A stretch of 63,767 nucleotides of DNA from a virus. Its lineage: Duplodnaviria > Caudoviricetes. A program made the position numbers and the translations under genes. The stretch spans positions 1 to 63,767 of IMG/VR virus record IMGVR_UViG_3300010354_000086; one strand, given 5' to 3'. Below, piece after piece: positions 10,501-19,978 of this stretch (the stretch's first letter is position 1; the number at the start of each line of letters is the position of its first letter). Under the pieces are notes generated by a model. It had not been told where the DNA came from. It did not search any database and saw nothing but the letters and a program-made list of their open reading frames with translations.

Positions 10501-13500
10501 TGCACCCCATACCTTTGTAGTAGGTGATAACATTGTCGTTGATTGTAATAATAGCGGATTTAACACACCAGCAGGCGGTAGTGAAATTACAGGAACTACC
10601 TATAATACTATTAGCTATAGTAATACTGGGACCTTTTTAGCTAATACTAGCGCCGAGGGGCATGTTTCTATTATATTTGACACTACAGGAAACTTAACAA
10701 TAGATGGAACTATCTATGCTGCTGATGACAGTTCAACAGTTCAACCAACTTTAGTTGGAGATCCAACCGACACAACAGTTAACTATTTTATGAGATCATC
10801 TAATAGTAGCCAGTATCTATTATTAGATCCGTCAGTCTCATCATATACTTTCACCAATACTACAATCGGATCAGTTGCTCGTAACGGCTCTAACATAGCT
10901 ACTATTGTTACAGAAAGTGCTCATAATCTAGTTTCTGGAAATCGTGTTCGAATTGAATGCGATATACCTAGTTTCGATGCGTCTAATGTAGAAGTATCTG
11001 TTACTAATTCAACCACATTCACTTATACTAATACCGGGGGAGTTGTTACTACTACTGGAACCTCAGGTACTGTTAGAAGTGTAGTATCAGCAGCTGATTC
11101 GGCAGCTCAAGGTGTAGTTACTGATTACAGAACAGGTGTGTTATCAGCAGTTGATAATGCTAATATTACTACAGGCAGTAGTTATAATCCTCCTAGTGGA
11201 ACGCACATATATGAAAATATTCCACTGACTAACGTCACAGGATCAGGCACTGGAGCTCGAGCTAATATCACTGTTACAAATGGTGAAGTAACTGATGTTG
11301 ATTTAATTCGTGGCGGAACTGGTTATGCTGTCGGCAGTATTGTATCAGCTAGCAATTCAAATCTAGGTGGTGCAGGCTCTGGATTTCAAATTGAAATTTT
11401 ATCTATAGAAAAAAGAGTCTATGTTGACATCTTAGGCGGAGAATTATTTGTTGCGTCAAGTAGTTCACCTGACTTTATTCAAGACAATACCGCAGATATT
11501 TTTACTATTGCTGATTTAGCTGCTTCAATACAAGAAACATTCGATGCAAATACTGATGTAGATTATACTCCAGTTACCGGTAATACAATCACAATTAATA
11601 GCCATAGTTTCGAAAATGGAGATCCTGTAAAGTATATTTCAAGTCCTAATCCACAGATAGGAGGATTGTTAAACGGGGAAGTATATTACACTAAAAAGAT
11701 TAATGCTAATACTATCGAGTTATATGAAGACTATTACCTACTTAACAAGGTAGAATTTACTAGTTCGAGCACCGGAACTCACAGTTTAACAATCTATACC
11801 ATTAACACCGTTGATAATAGTATCTATATACCTGATCATACTTTTCAAACTGGAGATGCTTTTAGATTTATAGGGTCAAATTTACCCGTCATTACTAGTG
11901 ATACAATTGAAAGTGACAGTGCATTCTTTGTTGGATCAGTGACTCAAAATAGTTTTACTATCCATTCTTTAAGATCTAATGCTCTAGCAAGCATTAATGG
12001 ATTAACAATCTCAGAGAGTGATTTAACTGATGACGGCTCAGGATCAGCAACCGTTGTAAAACAAAATGTTACTGTTGAAGATATTGTCAACACTAGCAGT
12101 CGACTTGAAGCTAATTGGAATTCATTAACAGCAACAAACATTGATGCTAGTAATATTATTTCAGGAGTTATTAATACTTCTAGACTAGCTTATGGTTCAG
12201 CTAATGACTTAACCTTCTTGAGAGGAGATAGTATTTGGGCAACTGCTGTTCAAAGTATCCAAGAAGGCAGCGGTAGTCCTATTTCATTAACTGGAAGTAC
12301 CGATAGCACCATATACTACGGTGATGTTATTATTGATATTGAGCGTACTGACAGTGCTCCTCTAGGTGCATTTACTAGCCTTGGTGTTGCTAAATTCTTA
12401 AAAACACAGTTTGATGTGGGAACTGGAGCTTCAGCTGGCGAAGTAACAATTAAATCTGGAGTAGTTGATGCTGGAACTTTAGACGGGTTTGACAGTACAT
12501 ATTATCTAAACCCTAGCAACCTAACATCAGCTGTACCTGTTAGCAAAGGTGGTACTAACCTTTCAACATATTCAGCTGGAGATTTAATCTACGCTCAAAG
12601 TTCAGGAGTTTTGACTCAACTAGCTATCGGTGCTCAAGATCAAGTTCTAGTGAGTGATGGCACTTATCCGGTTTACAGCCCATCATTAACACTAGGTAGA
12701 ACTGTAGGCATTTCAAGTGGAGAGCTTACTAGCACATCGTCAGGTAAAGCTAAACTCTTTGCAAGTAATGCTAATGGTCTAGAAATTGGTAGTGATAGTC
12801 ATCATATTGTTCTTGGTAACAGCTCTAATAATGACATTTCATCTAATGTTTTAAACTATACTACAGGAGGTGCACCAACTAATGTTGTTACAGTTAATTT
12901 AACTTCTGTTAGTACAACAACATCAACTACAATCGATAATGGTCAAACTGTTTTATTAGTCAGTAGCGCATCTGGTATTGTACCAGGTATGATTGTTACA
13001 GGATCAGCAAGCATTCCTTCTAACACTACAATTGTTGGAACGACTGGAACAAGACTTTACATAAGTTCAACTTTAACTGGATCAATCCCAGGGTCAACTA
13101 GTTTGACCTTCACTCATACTTCGTCAAGTCTAGGGTTATTCCAAGGAAATTATGTAACAATTAGCTCAAGTGGTATTACTAACTTAGATGGTACATGGCC
13201 TATTTCAGCTGCTACTTCAGTAGGAACTAGTTTTAGTATTACTACTAATGATAATGTTACAGCTTCATCAGTAGCAAGAGCCGGTAGTATTACTGCTCTA
13301 AGTAGCTTATTAGTAAGGAATAAAACTCTTATTGTAGGACAGAATGAAGCAGGAACAAGTCCTGCTTCTGTGACTATAAGAAGTGAAAATGCTATTGGAA
13401 CCAACATAGCCGCAGGTGATTTGGTTATTAGACCGGGTCTAAGTACTGGCAATGCTGCTGGCGGTAATTTTATTGTTCAAACAGGTGCTCAAGGTTCAAG

Positions 13501-14377
13501 CGGGAACACCTATCAGGTTGCTACTACAAGGTTAACGATTGATAATGCAGGACTAGCAACTTTTGCAAATAATGTTACTGTTACTGGAGATTTAGCAGTA
13601 AATGGTGCCGACATTACTACTACAAATACTGGCACTGCTACATTATTCAATGCCAATGCCACTGCACTTAATATTGGTGGTGCTGCTACAGCAGTTAGTA
13701 TTGGATCAAGTGCATCAGGTACTACTACCGTAAATCATAATCTAACAGTCACAGGTGACTTATTAGTTAACGGTAGTACAACTACAGTTAATTCAACTGT
13801 GGTTACTATTGATGATCCAATATTTACTTTAGGGGGTGACACAGCTCCATCAAGTGACGACAATAAGGATCGAGGAATTGTATTCCGTTACTTTGACTCA
13901 ACTGCTAAAACTGGATTTTTCGGGTTTGATGACTCGGATAATAGTTTTATGTATATTCCAGATGCAACAATCTCTGGAGAAGTTGCTACCGGAACACTAG
14001 GAACTGTTAAGTTAGGCGCAGTAAATATTGACGGAAAAACAGTTATCGACACATTTGAGTATACCGGCCTATCTTCAGGTGCAGGTTCAACGGTGATTGA
14101 TACATTCGATAAATTAACCTATCGATCTGCAAAGTTTTTGGTACAGATTACCTGTACTGCTGGAACTCACAGTGGAACCTATCAAGCATCAGAGGTACTA
14201 GTAATACATAACGGCACAGATGCGTTCATGACAGAATATGCAGTAATTAAAACTGGACTAGCAGAACTGGCTATTTTTACAGTAGGAGTTTCAGGTAATA
14301 ATGTTCAATTAAGTGCAACTGCTACATCAGGCGATACAATTACTGTTAGACTAACTAAAACACTGCAAACAATTTAA
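7580..14377 (+). CDS. Giant tail-fibre/structural protein (2265 aa)
   Basis: N-terminal MATRIKHKRS..P..L.AGEIALNTADGKVF (fibre-anchoring domain); paralogous beta-helix region (YVSETKGDD, SPYIQNCS); HGF.NG..V.Y repeats; C-terminal IDTFDKLTYRSAKFLVQ domain. Confidence 0.8.
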   Translation: MATRIKHKRSSISGSIPTTGDLEAGEIALNTADGKVFLKRDDNEIVDVTRQIFDKDTRIEITDTSDGVITVVVDTEEKIRVSDTSINLKEEVVVEDANGIEFKELSANGASGITLKAPNSLSSSYTMRLPIASGTANQILSTDGSGQLTFIDSDIYGGNRIYVSETKGDDNNDGVSAPVQSIKKALQLASALVYTSGGSVNGTRVAVMVAAGDYVVDNPVIIPDNVSVIGDGLRTTLLRPLNPGLDMFRVRGGCYFTEFTFRDAVDTSFVPTFTFDYSFSFDNPLDSNCDRTGYTYLPSTKPVITLSPYIQNCSLISFLGGNGVKIDGNLVLTPNVSPGNPQEQERPAVGDVPEQGKSMVANAFTMVSFGGTGWRVINDAYSQLVSCFQIFMLNGVYTQSGGYVSITNSATNFGIYALRSSGYSPNSFVFDRATIVSTGSSGGQQTLEIIGLVRDEPVEEFILRFYDGSTLADITNTFKPAATELTFNAATDLNTTTNIFSITSHGFTNGQAVIYDSNGNTPLGGLDDEQTYYIDYINSNEFRLLFDDSLNTAVDITSLSTGTHKFIIDRQEFFVDEVVSRHSTYQELTLASGTYNFNIGQIIAGTTGGNPNSAYVYSWNQSTRKLVVSVNLVTIGASEIRNTFDASSVITADHSSPTPVTNINVDSVATVTGYNSANFKILSTTEGGLLTNLVNLPKNKVYFHRPSIVNSSAHTWEYAGSGIDYNALPQNGGNTVARFEQYAELPGRVYTSGTNELGDFKVGSFITAYNRTGNITFRNKVSVDQLDALRISLSDVEITALSTDVDLGDNEPGGATNSRLSTQAAVRGFLNNRLGNFIDKSVATSAVPGAIVQLNANGQINDDLIPATRAFQSSLLSGYKSRLNIVEQIPAVDSSAGDIATEEFEQIELTLSDPVTVTDGMTISQTSSGISGIIRGDQSNSSTIVVASTGRYFKKSLIDSVSRNGSNLATITFTAPHTFVVGDNIVVDCNNSGFNTPAGGSEITGTTYNTISYSNTGTFLANTSAEGHVSIIFDTTGNLTIDGTIYAADDSSTVQPTLVGDPTDTTVNYFMRSSNSSQYLLLDPSVSSYTFTNTTIGSVARNGSNIATIVTESAHNLVSGNRVRIECDIPSFDASNVEVSVTNSTTFTYTNTGGVVTTTGTSGTVRSVVSAADSAAQGVVTDYRTGVLSAVDNANITTGSSYNPPSGTHIYENIPLTNVTGSGTGARANITVTNGEVTDVDLIRGGTGYAVGSIVSASNSNLGGAGSGFQIEILSIEKRVYVDILGGELFVASSSSPDFIQDNTADIFTIADLAASIQETFDANTDVDYTPVTGNTITINSHSFENGDPVKYISSPNPQIGGLLNGEVYYTKKINANTIELYEDYYLLNKVEFTSSSTGTHSLTIYTINTVDNSIYIPDHTFQTGDAFRFIGSNLPVITSDTIESDSAFFVGSVTQNSFTIHSLRSNALASINGLTISESDLTDDGSGSATVVKQNVTVEDIVNTSSRLEANWNSLTATNIDASNIISGVINTSRLAYGSANDLTFLRGDSIWATAVQSIQEGSGSPISLTGSTDSTIYYGDVIIDIERTDSAPLGAFTSLGVAKFLKTQFDVGTGASAGEVTIKSGVVDAGTLDGFDSTYYLNPSNLTSAVPVSKGGTNLSTYSAGDLIYAQSSGVLTQLAIGAQDQVLVSDGTYPVYSPSLTLGRTVGISSGELTSTSSGKAKLFASNANGLEIGSDSHHIVLGNSSNNDISSNVLNYTTGGAPTNVVTVNLTSVSTTTSTTIDNGQTVLLVSSASGIVPGMIVTGSASIPSNTTIVGTTGTRLYISSTLTGSIPGSTSLTFTHTSSSLGLFQGNYVTISSSGITNLDGTWPISAATSVGTSFSITTNDNVTASSVARAGSITALSSLLVRNKTLIVGQNEAGTSPASVTIRSENAIGTNIAAGDLVIRPGLSTGNAAGGNFIVQTGAQGSSGNTYQVATTRLTIDNAGLATFANNVTVTGDLAVNGADITTTNTGTATLFNANATALNIGGAATAVSIGSSASGTTTVNHNLTVTGDLLVNGSTTTVNSTVVTIDDPIFTLGGDTAPSSDDNKDRGIVFRYFDSTAKTGFFGFDDSDNSFMYIPDATISGEVATGTLGTVKLGAVNIDGKTVIDTFEYTGLSSGAGSTVIDTFDKLTYRSAKFLVQITCTAGTHSGTYQASEVLVIHNGTDAFMTEYAVIKTGLAELAIFTVGVSGNNVQLSATATSGDTITVRLTKTLQTI

Positions 14378-14378
14378 T

Positions 14379-14385
14379 GTAAATA
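14379..14385 (+). promoter_or_regulatory. Late promoter variant (GTAAATA)
   Basis: TAAATA core immediately after a stop codon, before ORF 14403. Confidence 0.5.
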
Positions 14386-14402
14386 CTGTGAGAGATTAAT
14401 AG

Positions 14403-15014
14403 ATGGCACATTCAGATAAAAATATTGTAATAACACCAAATATAGGATCAAGCTCAAGTGATCCTCAAATTGTGTTTAGTGGTGCTGATGCGTCAACTGG
14501 TCCGCAAAATATTACTTTAAAAGCTTATCCGACAAATTCAGGAACACTTAGTTTTGAAGGATCGGCAGGTCAGTTATTTTCAATTACAAACAGTTTAACT
14601 GGTACTCTTTTTTCAGTTAATGACATATCCGGTATTCCTAGTATTGAAGTTTTGAGTACAGGGGTTGTTAAACTAGCAGAATTCTCGGGATTTGTAGCTT
14701 ACGGTGTAAGCCCGAGTGTAAGCGCAGCTGGGACTACTCAAGGAACTGCTACGTCAATTACAAGACCTATTAGCGTAGTAAGCACAGTAACAGCCGCAGT
14801 TAGTGACGGAGTAATTATGCCTACAGCTACTGCCGGAACAAGGATCATCATTATTAACACTTCGGCTGCTACACTAAAAGTGTATCCTGCTACTAGCGGA
14901 CAGATTAATGCTCTTGGAACTAATGCTGCTTATAGCATGAGTGCAGGGTCAAGACTGGAATTCATTGCCACATCTACTACACAGTGGTATACTATTAACG
15001 CTACATTCGCCTAA
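14403..15014 (+). CDS. Fibre-associated structural protein
   Basis: DKNIVITPN..LSFEGSAGQLFSITN..LFSVNDISGIPSIEV motif; S/T/A-rich; lies between fibre genes. Confidence 0.65.
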   Translation: MAHSDKNIVITPNIGSSSSDPQIVFSGADASTGPQNITLKAYPTNSGTLSFEGSAGQLFSITNSLTGTLFSVNDISGIPSIEVLSTGVVKLAEFSGFVAYGVSPSVSAAGTTQGTATSITRPISVVSTVTAAVSDGVIMPTATAGTRIIIINTSAATLKVYPATSGQINALGTNAAYSMSAGSRLEFIATSTTQWYTINATFA

Positions 15015-15048
15015 TCCACCAAACCAATAAATACTTGATATTGGTGGA
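15015..15048 (+). promoter_or_regulatory. Late promoter (ATAAATA 15027-15033) enclosed in a hairpin
   Basis: TCCACCAA (15015-15022) pairs with TTGGTGGA (15041-15048) around ATAAATA. Confidence 0.6.
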
Positions 15049-15060
15049 AAGGGAAACCAA

Positions 15061-18000
15061 ATGTCAACTATTGATTTCGTCGTAAAGAACGGCCTTGTGG
15101 TCAATGAAGATGCATTGATCAAAGATACAACAGATAGCTCAAGCAAGGATACCGGTGCTCTCATTGTAGAGGGCGGCGTAGGTATTGAAAAGAAGTTATA
15201 TGTAGGAACTGATGCAGTTATTGAGTCCGACCTAGCGGTTAATGGCGGCGATATAACTTCGAGTGCTACAACTTTTAATCTTTTAAATTCAACGGTTACA
15301 ACCGGAAATTTATTTGGTGCAAGTACAACTGTAAGTATCGGATCGTCAACTGGAACTACAACAATTAATAACGCTAACACTGTAGTCACAGGAGATCTAG
15401 CAGTTAATGGTGGAGATCTAACCACTAGTCAAACTACTTTTAATTTAGTTAATACTACAGCAACTACTGTGAATCTTGCTGGAGCTGCTACAGATGTGCA
15501 GATAGGTGCTGCAACTGGCACCACTGAAATTAACAACAATCTCAATGTTGTAGGAGATGTTGATATTGATGGTGGAGATTTAACTGTTAGCACTGCGTCG
15601 TTTAATTTAGTTAATACTACAGCAACTACTGTGAACTTTGCTGGAGCTGCTACTACATTAAACATTGGGGCAGCTTCTGGAACTACAACAATTAATAATG
15701 CTGCAACTACTATATCAGGAACTTTAAATGCAAACGGCGGAGCAATTGTAACAGACGATACAACCTTTAATTTAATTAATACAAATGCAACTACAGTAAA
15801 TTTTGCTGGTGCAGGTACTACTATTAGCATTGGAGCATCTACTGGTACTACTACTGTTAATAATAACTTTGCTGTAAACGGAAATACCACTATCGGAAAT
15901 GCCAGCGCCGATACGATTACTTTTAACGCAAATTCAGGTTCGGTACCAAACACACTAACTCTAACTACTGATGATGCAGTAGCAGATAATTTAACTTATC
16001 CATTGAAATTAAGCCATACTACTTCAGGAACCCCAGCAATCGGAATCGGGACCGGTATTCAGTTTATAGCTGAAACTTCAGCTAATAATAACGAAATTGG
16101 CATGATTCTAGAAACAATTACTACAGATGTTACTGCAAACAGCGAAGATTTTGATTTCGTTCTTCGTTTAATGAAGGCTGGAAATACCGCAGCAGAAGCT
16201 TTTAGAGTAAGTAGCACAGGTAACATTAGTGCAATTGGGGATGTTCAAATTCAAGGTGGAGATCTAACTACAAACCAAACCACATTTAATTTATTAAATT
16301 CTACTGCAACTACTGTCAACTTTGCTGGTGCCGCTACAGATGTACAAATCGGTGCAGGGTCCGGAACTACTACTGTTAATAATAATTTAACAGTTGATTT
16401 AAATTTAACAGTCACAGGTGATGCAACAATCGACGGAGACTTATTACCAAATGCTGATGATACTGGTGCTGTTGGGACAGCCGCTAAAACATGGAATGAT
16501 GGAAGGTTCACTAACTTAACTATTGATGGAACCTTAAATGTTAGAACTAAGTTAGATTTAGAAGACAGTGATATTATTGAATTTGGTACAGGCGGTGATG
16601 CTACTTTTAACTATGACGGAACAGCAAATACTTTTAGTCTAAGTTTAGGAACTGATGCTCTTAGTTTTATTATAGCTGATGGTGCAACTACAAAAGTTAC
16701 CATAGAAAAAGATGGTGATATTATTACCGCAGGTGATTTAGCGGTTAATGGTGGTGATTTAACTACTAGTGCATCAACCTTTAATCTAGTTAATACAAAT
16801 GCAACTACAGTAAGTCTAGCTGGAGCAGCTACTACACTTAATATCGGTAACGCTACAGCAGCTCAAACAGTTTATGTAGGCGGAACTAGCTCTGGTGCAT
16901 CAACTTACTATTTTGGTACAGGTGGAACTACTACTGGTCTAACTAAAACTGTAAACCTTGGTACAGGCGGCGGCGCCGGAAGTACAACTAATGTTAATCT
17001 AGGAAGTACTAGCGGTGGCACAATAACCTTAAATGCTAATGCTGTACTCGAGGGTGATATTCAAGTTAAAGGTGGTGATATTACCACCAATCAAACTACA
17101 TTTAATCTTTTAAACACAACTGCTACCACTGTTAATTTTGCTGGTGCAGCTACAGCTATAGAGATTGGATCGAGCACAGGAACTACTAATGTTAATAATA
17201 ACTTAGATGTAGACGGTGATATTAACATTGACGGTGGTGATATTACAACAAGTGTTACAACATTTAACTTACTTAATACTACTGCTACAACTATTAACTT
17301 TTCTGGAGATGCTACTACATTAAATATAGGTAATGCTACAGCAGCACAGACAATAAGTATTGGTAATTCCAGTACTGGAGCAAGCACATATAACTTTGGT
17401 ACTGCTCCTTCTGCTAATACATTAACAAAGACTGTTAACCTTGGTACTGGTGGAGCCGCTGGAACCACCACAAATGTTAATATCGGTAGCAGTGTTGGTG
17501 GTACAACTACTATCAATAGTCCAGCTTTTAGCATTGGCGGACAAATGACGTTCCCAACTGCTATAGCTAATCGACCTATTTTAGGAGGTGGATTTATTTC
17601 TCAAGAAACAGGTGACAGTGACCACGATATTTGGGGAATTTCAGAAGACTATTATCCATCTCATGCAACTGCTGCTAATGCCTGGGGTATTCGTTGGGAC
17701 AGTACAAATAATGAAATAGAGTATGTAGGCGGAGGAACTAATCGATTTGTATTTGATTTAGACAACGGTGATTTAACTATGACCGGCAATTTAAATTTAA
17801 ATGCTACATCAATGATTACTAATCAGACAGCGTTTAATCTTTTAAACACAACTGCTACAACAATTAACTTCGGAGGTGCAGCAACTACTGTTGAAATTGG
17901 TGCTGCTACAGGAACTACAAATGTTAATAATAATCTTGATGTTGATGGAGATATTAACATTGACGGTGGTGACCTAACATCTAGTGCAACTACTTTTAAT

Positions 18001-18642
18001 CTATTTGGTTCTACAGTGACTACACTGAATGCTGGTTCGGCAACATCCGGCACACTTAGTATTTTATATAATACAGCGTCGACTACTACTAGTACCGGTG
18101 CTCTAGTAGTCAGTGGGGGAGTTGGTGTGAGTGGTGCTATTCGAGCAGGTAGTATTCAAAATACGCCTATAGGGTCTACTACAGCATCTACAGGAGCATT
18201 TACCAGTTTAACTGCAAATGGAGCAGTGACATTTACTGCTGGCACAGCATCAACATCAACTAGCACAGGAACATTGGTAGTCACTGGTGGTGTAGGTATC
18301 AGCGGAGCACTTTACGCTACTAGCAAATCGTTTGACATCGAACATCCGACAAAATCTAATATGAGGCTACGACATGGTAGTCTTGAAGGTCCGGAATTTG
18401 GTGTGTATGTGAGAGGACACCTAGTAGACTCACATGTAATTGAATTACCCGACTATTGGATTGGACTAGTTGATCCTGAAACTATCACAGTTAATGTTAC
18501 ACCAAAAGGTCGTCCACAAGAGATCTTTGTCAAGTACATTAGTAATAACAGAATACACCTCGCAGGTGATGATATCGACTGTTATTTTATTGTCTATGCA
18601 GAACGCAAAGATATTAATAAGATTGAGGTAGAAGGTGAATAA
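15061..18642 (+). CDS. Tail fibre with tandem repeats and C-terminal chaperone-like domain
   Basis: N-terminal DFVVKNGL; many G.L.V.GGD.T...TFNL.NT.ATT.NF.GAAT repeats; GAL.V.GGVG motifs; C-terminal KSFDIEHP..LRHGSLEGPE..VYVRG resembling intramolecular chaperone domains. Confidence 0.8.
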   Translation: MSTIDFVVKNGLVVNEDALIKDTTDSSSKDTGALIVEGGVGIEKKLYVGTDAVIESDLAVNGGDITSSATTFNLLNSTVTTGNLFGASTTVSIGSSTGTTTINNANTVVTGDLAVNGGDLTTSQTTFNLVNTTATTVNLAGAATDVQIGAATGTTEINNNLNVVGDVDIDGGDLTVSTASFNLVNTTATTVNFAGAATTLNIGAASGTTTINNAATTISGTLNANGGAIVTDDTTFNLINTNATTVNFAGAGTTISIGASTGTTTVNNNFAVNGNTTIGNASADTITFNANSGSVPNTLTLTTDDAVADNLTYPLKLSHTTSGTPAIGIGTGIQFIAETSANNNEIGMILETITTDVTANSEDFDFVLRLMKAGNTAAEAFRVSSTGNISAIGDVQIQGGDLTTNQTTFNLLNSTATTVNFAGAATDVQIGAGSGTTTVNNNLTVDLNLTVTGDATIDGDLLPNADDTGAVGTAAKTWNDGRFTNLTIDGTLNVRTKLDLEDSDIIEFGTGGDATFNYDGTANTFSLSLGTDALSFIIADGATTKVTIEKDGDIITAGDLAVNGGDLTTSASTFNLVNTNATTVSLAGAATTLNIGNATAAQTVYVGGTSSGASTYYFGTGGTTTGLTKTVNLGTGGGAGSTTNVNLGSTSGGTITLNANAVLEGDIQVKGGDITTNQTTFNLLNTTATTVNFAGAATAIEIGSSTGTTNVNNNLDVDGDINIDGGDITTSVTTFNLLNTTATTINFSGDATTLNIGNATAAQTISIGNSSTGASTYNFGTAPSANTLTKTVNLGTGGAAGTTTNVNIGSSVGGTTTINSPAFSIGGQMTFPTAIANRPILGGGFISQETGDSDHDIWGISEDYYPSHATAANAWGIRWDSTNNEIEYVGGGTNRFVFDLDNGDLTMTGNLNLNATSMITNQTAFNLLNTTATTINFGGAATTVEIGAATGTTNVNNNLDVDGDINIDGGDLTSSATTFNLFGSTVTTLNAGSATSGTLSILYNTASTTTSTGALVVSGGVGVSGAIRAGSIQNTPIGSTTASTGAFTSLTANGAVTFTAGTASTSTSTGTLVVTGGVGISGALYATSKSFDIEHPTKSNMRLRHGSLEGPEFGVYVRGHLVDSHVIELPDYWIGLVDPETITVNVTPKGRPQEIFVKYISNNRIHLAGDDIDCYFIVYAERKDINKIEVEGE
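15439..15653 (+). repeat. Near-identical 53-nt direct repeat within fibre gene
   Basis: 15439-15491 vs 15601-15653 (TTTAATTTAGTTAATACTACAGCAACTACTGTGAA..GCTGGAGCTGCTAC), 2 mismatches. Confidence 0.85.
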
Positions 18643-19316
18643 TGAGCATTGCTTATAACCCTAAGATAGTTACTAATGGATTAGTAGCTGCAATCGATGC
18701 TTCAAATCCTAGATCATATCCTGGGACCGGTACAACTGTCTATGATATTAGTGGAAACGGAAATCATTCTACTATCAATGGTACTGTATCATTTGTAAGC
18801 AACGGTTCCGCAAGTTATTTTGACTGGGCAACACAGGGTAATTCAAATTATATCTATAGCAATACATCTTTTGCATATGTAGATATTACTATAGTTTTCC
18901 TTCCAGATTTTACACTTTCTGTGTCGGATCTTTCTACCTTAGTTGGGATAGTATCATCTGGTGCTCCTAATAGTGATAAAAGTCTAAGATTTGTCGGAGC
19001 TAACGGTACTGGTCCATGGAATGTAACTGGAAGGAATCCAGGGGATGCGAATGATTGGGCATATCCTACTGCTACATCATATTATGTAAACGGAACTGTA
19101 ACAAGTACATTAGTTAGTGGGTGGAATGTATTCGGCGGCTATAGGACAAACCAATCTTCGTATCCATTAACTTCTGCATACTATCTCGGAAGTTCGGGGT
19201 ATTCTCAACGAGGGTTCAGAGGAAGAATTGCTGCCTGTTACTTATATAATAGACAATTAACTGCAACTGAACAAAAAGAAAACTTTAATGCACTCCGTGG
19301 GAGGTTTGGATTATAA
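18642..19316 (+). CDS. LamG/concanavalin A-like lectin domain protein
   Basis: IVTNGLV..IDASNPRSYPGTGT..DISGNGN..YNRQLT..E..NFNALRGRFGL. Confidence 0.8.
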   Translation: MSIAYNPKIVTNGLVAAIDASNPRSYPGTGTTVYDISGNGNHSTINGTVSFVSNGSASYFDWATQGNSNYIYSNTSFAYVDITIVFLPDFTLSVSDLSTLVGIVSSGAPNSDKSLRFVGANGTGPWNVTGRNPGDANDWAYPTATSYYVNGTVTSTLVSGWNVFGGYRTNQSSYPLTSAYYLGSSGYSQRGFRGRIAACYLYNRQLTATEQKENFNALRGRFGL

Positions 19317-19978
19317 TGGCACTACAACATTCCCCTTCTATAGCAACTTCTGGACTTGTTTTATATTTAGACGCTGCTAACAGTAAAAGTTATTCAGGTT
19401 CTGGAACTACTTGGACCGACCTAAGCGGTAATAATAATAACGCAACTTCTACAGGTAGTCCTTCTTATACTAGCGGGAGTAACGGATACTTTAGTTTTTC
19501 AGGTACACAGTATTTTAGCTGTGCTTCTAGTTCATCATTTGCATTCGGAACTGGAGATTTTACTATTGAATGTTGGTATTATCCGACTAGCTTTTCTACT
19601 TATAGTCATCTAGTTGCACTTCCAGATCAAAATACTTTCGGGCTCAAAGCTAACATCTCTAATGGAGAGCTGTATTTTTATAGTGCAGCATTTAATAATT
19701 ATCCTACTACAGGGTGGACACTAACTCTCAATGCTTGGAACCATGTGGTTTTTGTAAGATCGTCATCAGTAGCATATCCTTACTTAAACGGTACCGCATA
19801 TGCATCAAAATCCGGATTCACTAACAATTTTACTGCTCAAATTTGTAACATTCATAATGGGTATGCTAGTGAATTTGCTAACGCTAGGATGAGTGTAGTT
19901 AAAATATATAATACTGCACTAACAGCTACACAGGTAAAGAACAATTATAATGCTCTTAGAGGACGGTATAGTGTATGA
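19316..19978 (+). CDS. LamG/concanavalin A-like lectin domain protein
   Basis: GLVLYLDAANSKSY..DFTIECW..WNHVVFVR..IYNTALT..NYNALRGRY. Confidence 0.85.
   Translation: MALQHSPSIATSGLVLYLDAANSKSYSGSGTTWTDLSGNNNNATSTGSPSYTSGSNGYFSFSGTQYFSCASSSSFAFGTGDFTIECWYYPTSFSTYSHLVALPDQNTFGLKANISNGELYFYSAAFNNYPTTGWTLTLNAWNHVVFVRSSSVAYPYLNGTAYASKSGFTNNFTAQICNIHNGYASEFANARMSVVKIYNTALTATQVKNNYNALRGRYSV

Noticed and set aside
15200-18000. Periodic repeats resembling a CRISPR array
   Set aside because: The repeats are in-frame, degenerate at third codon positions and protein-coding; there are no spacers or cas genes.
3173-18053. Many minus-strand ORFs (70-174 aa) within the fibre genes
   Set aside because: They are antisense shadows of Thr/Ala/Gly/Asn-rich repetitive coding sequence, with no SD, promoter or motifs.
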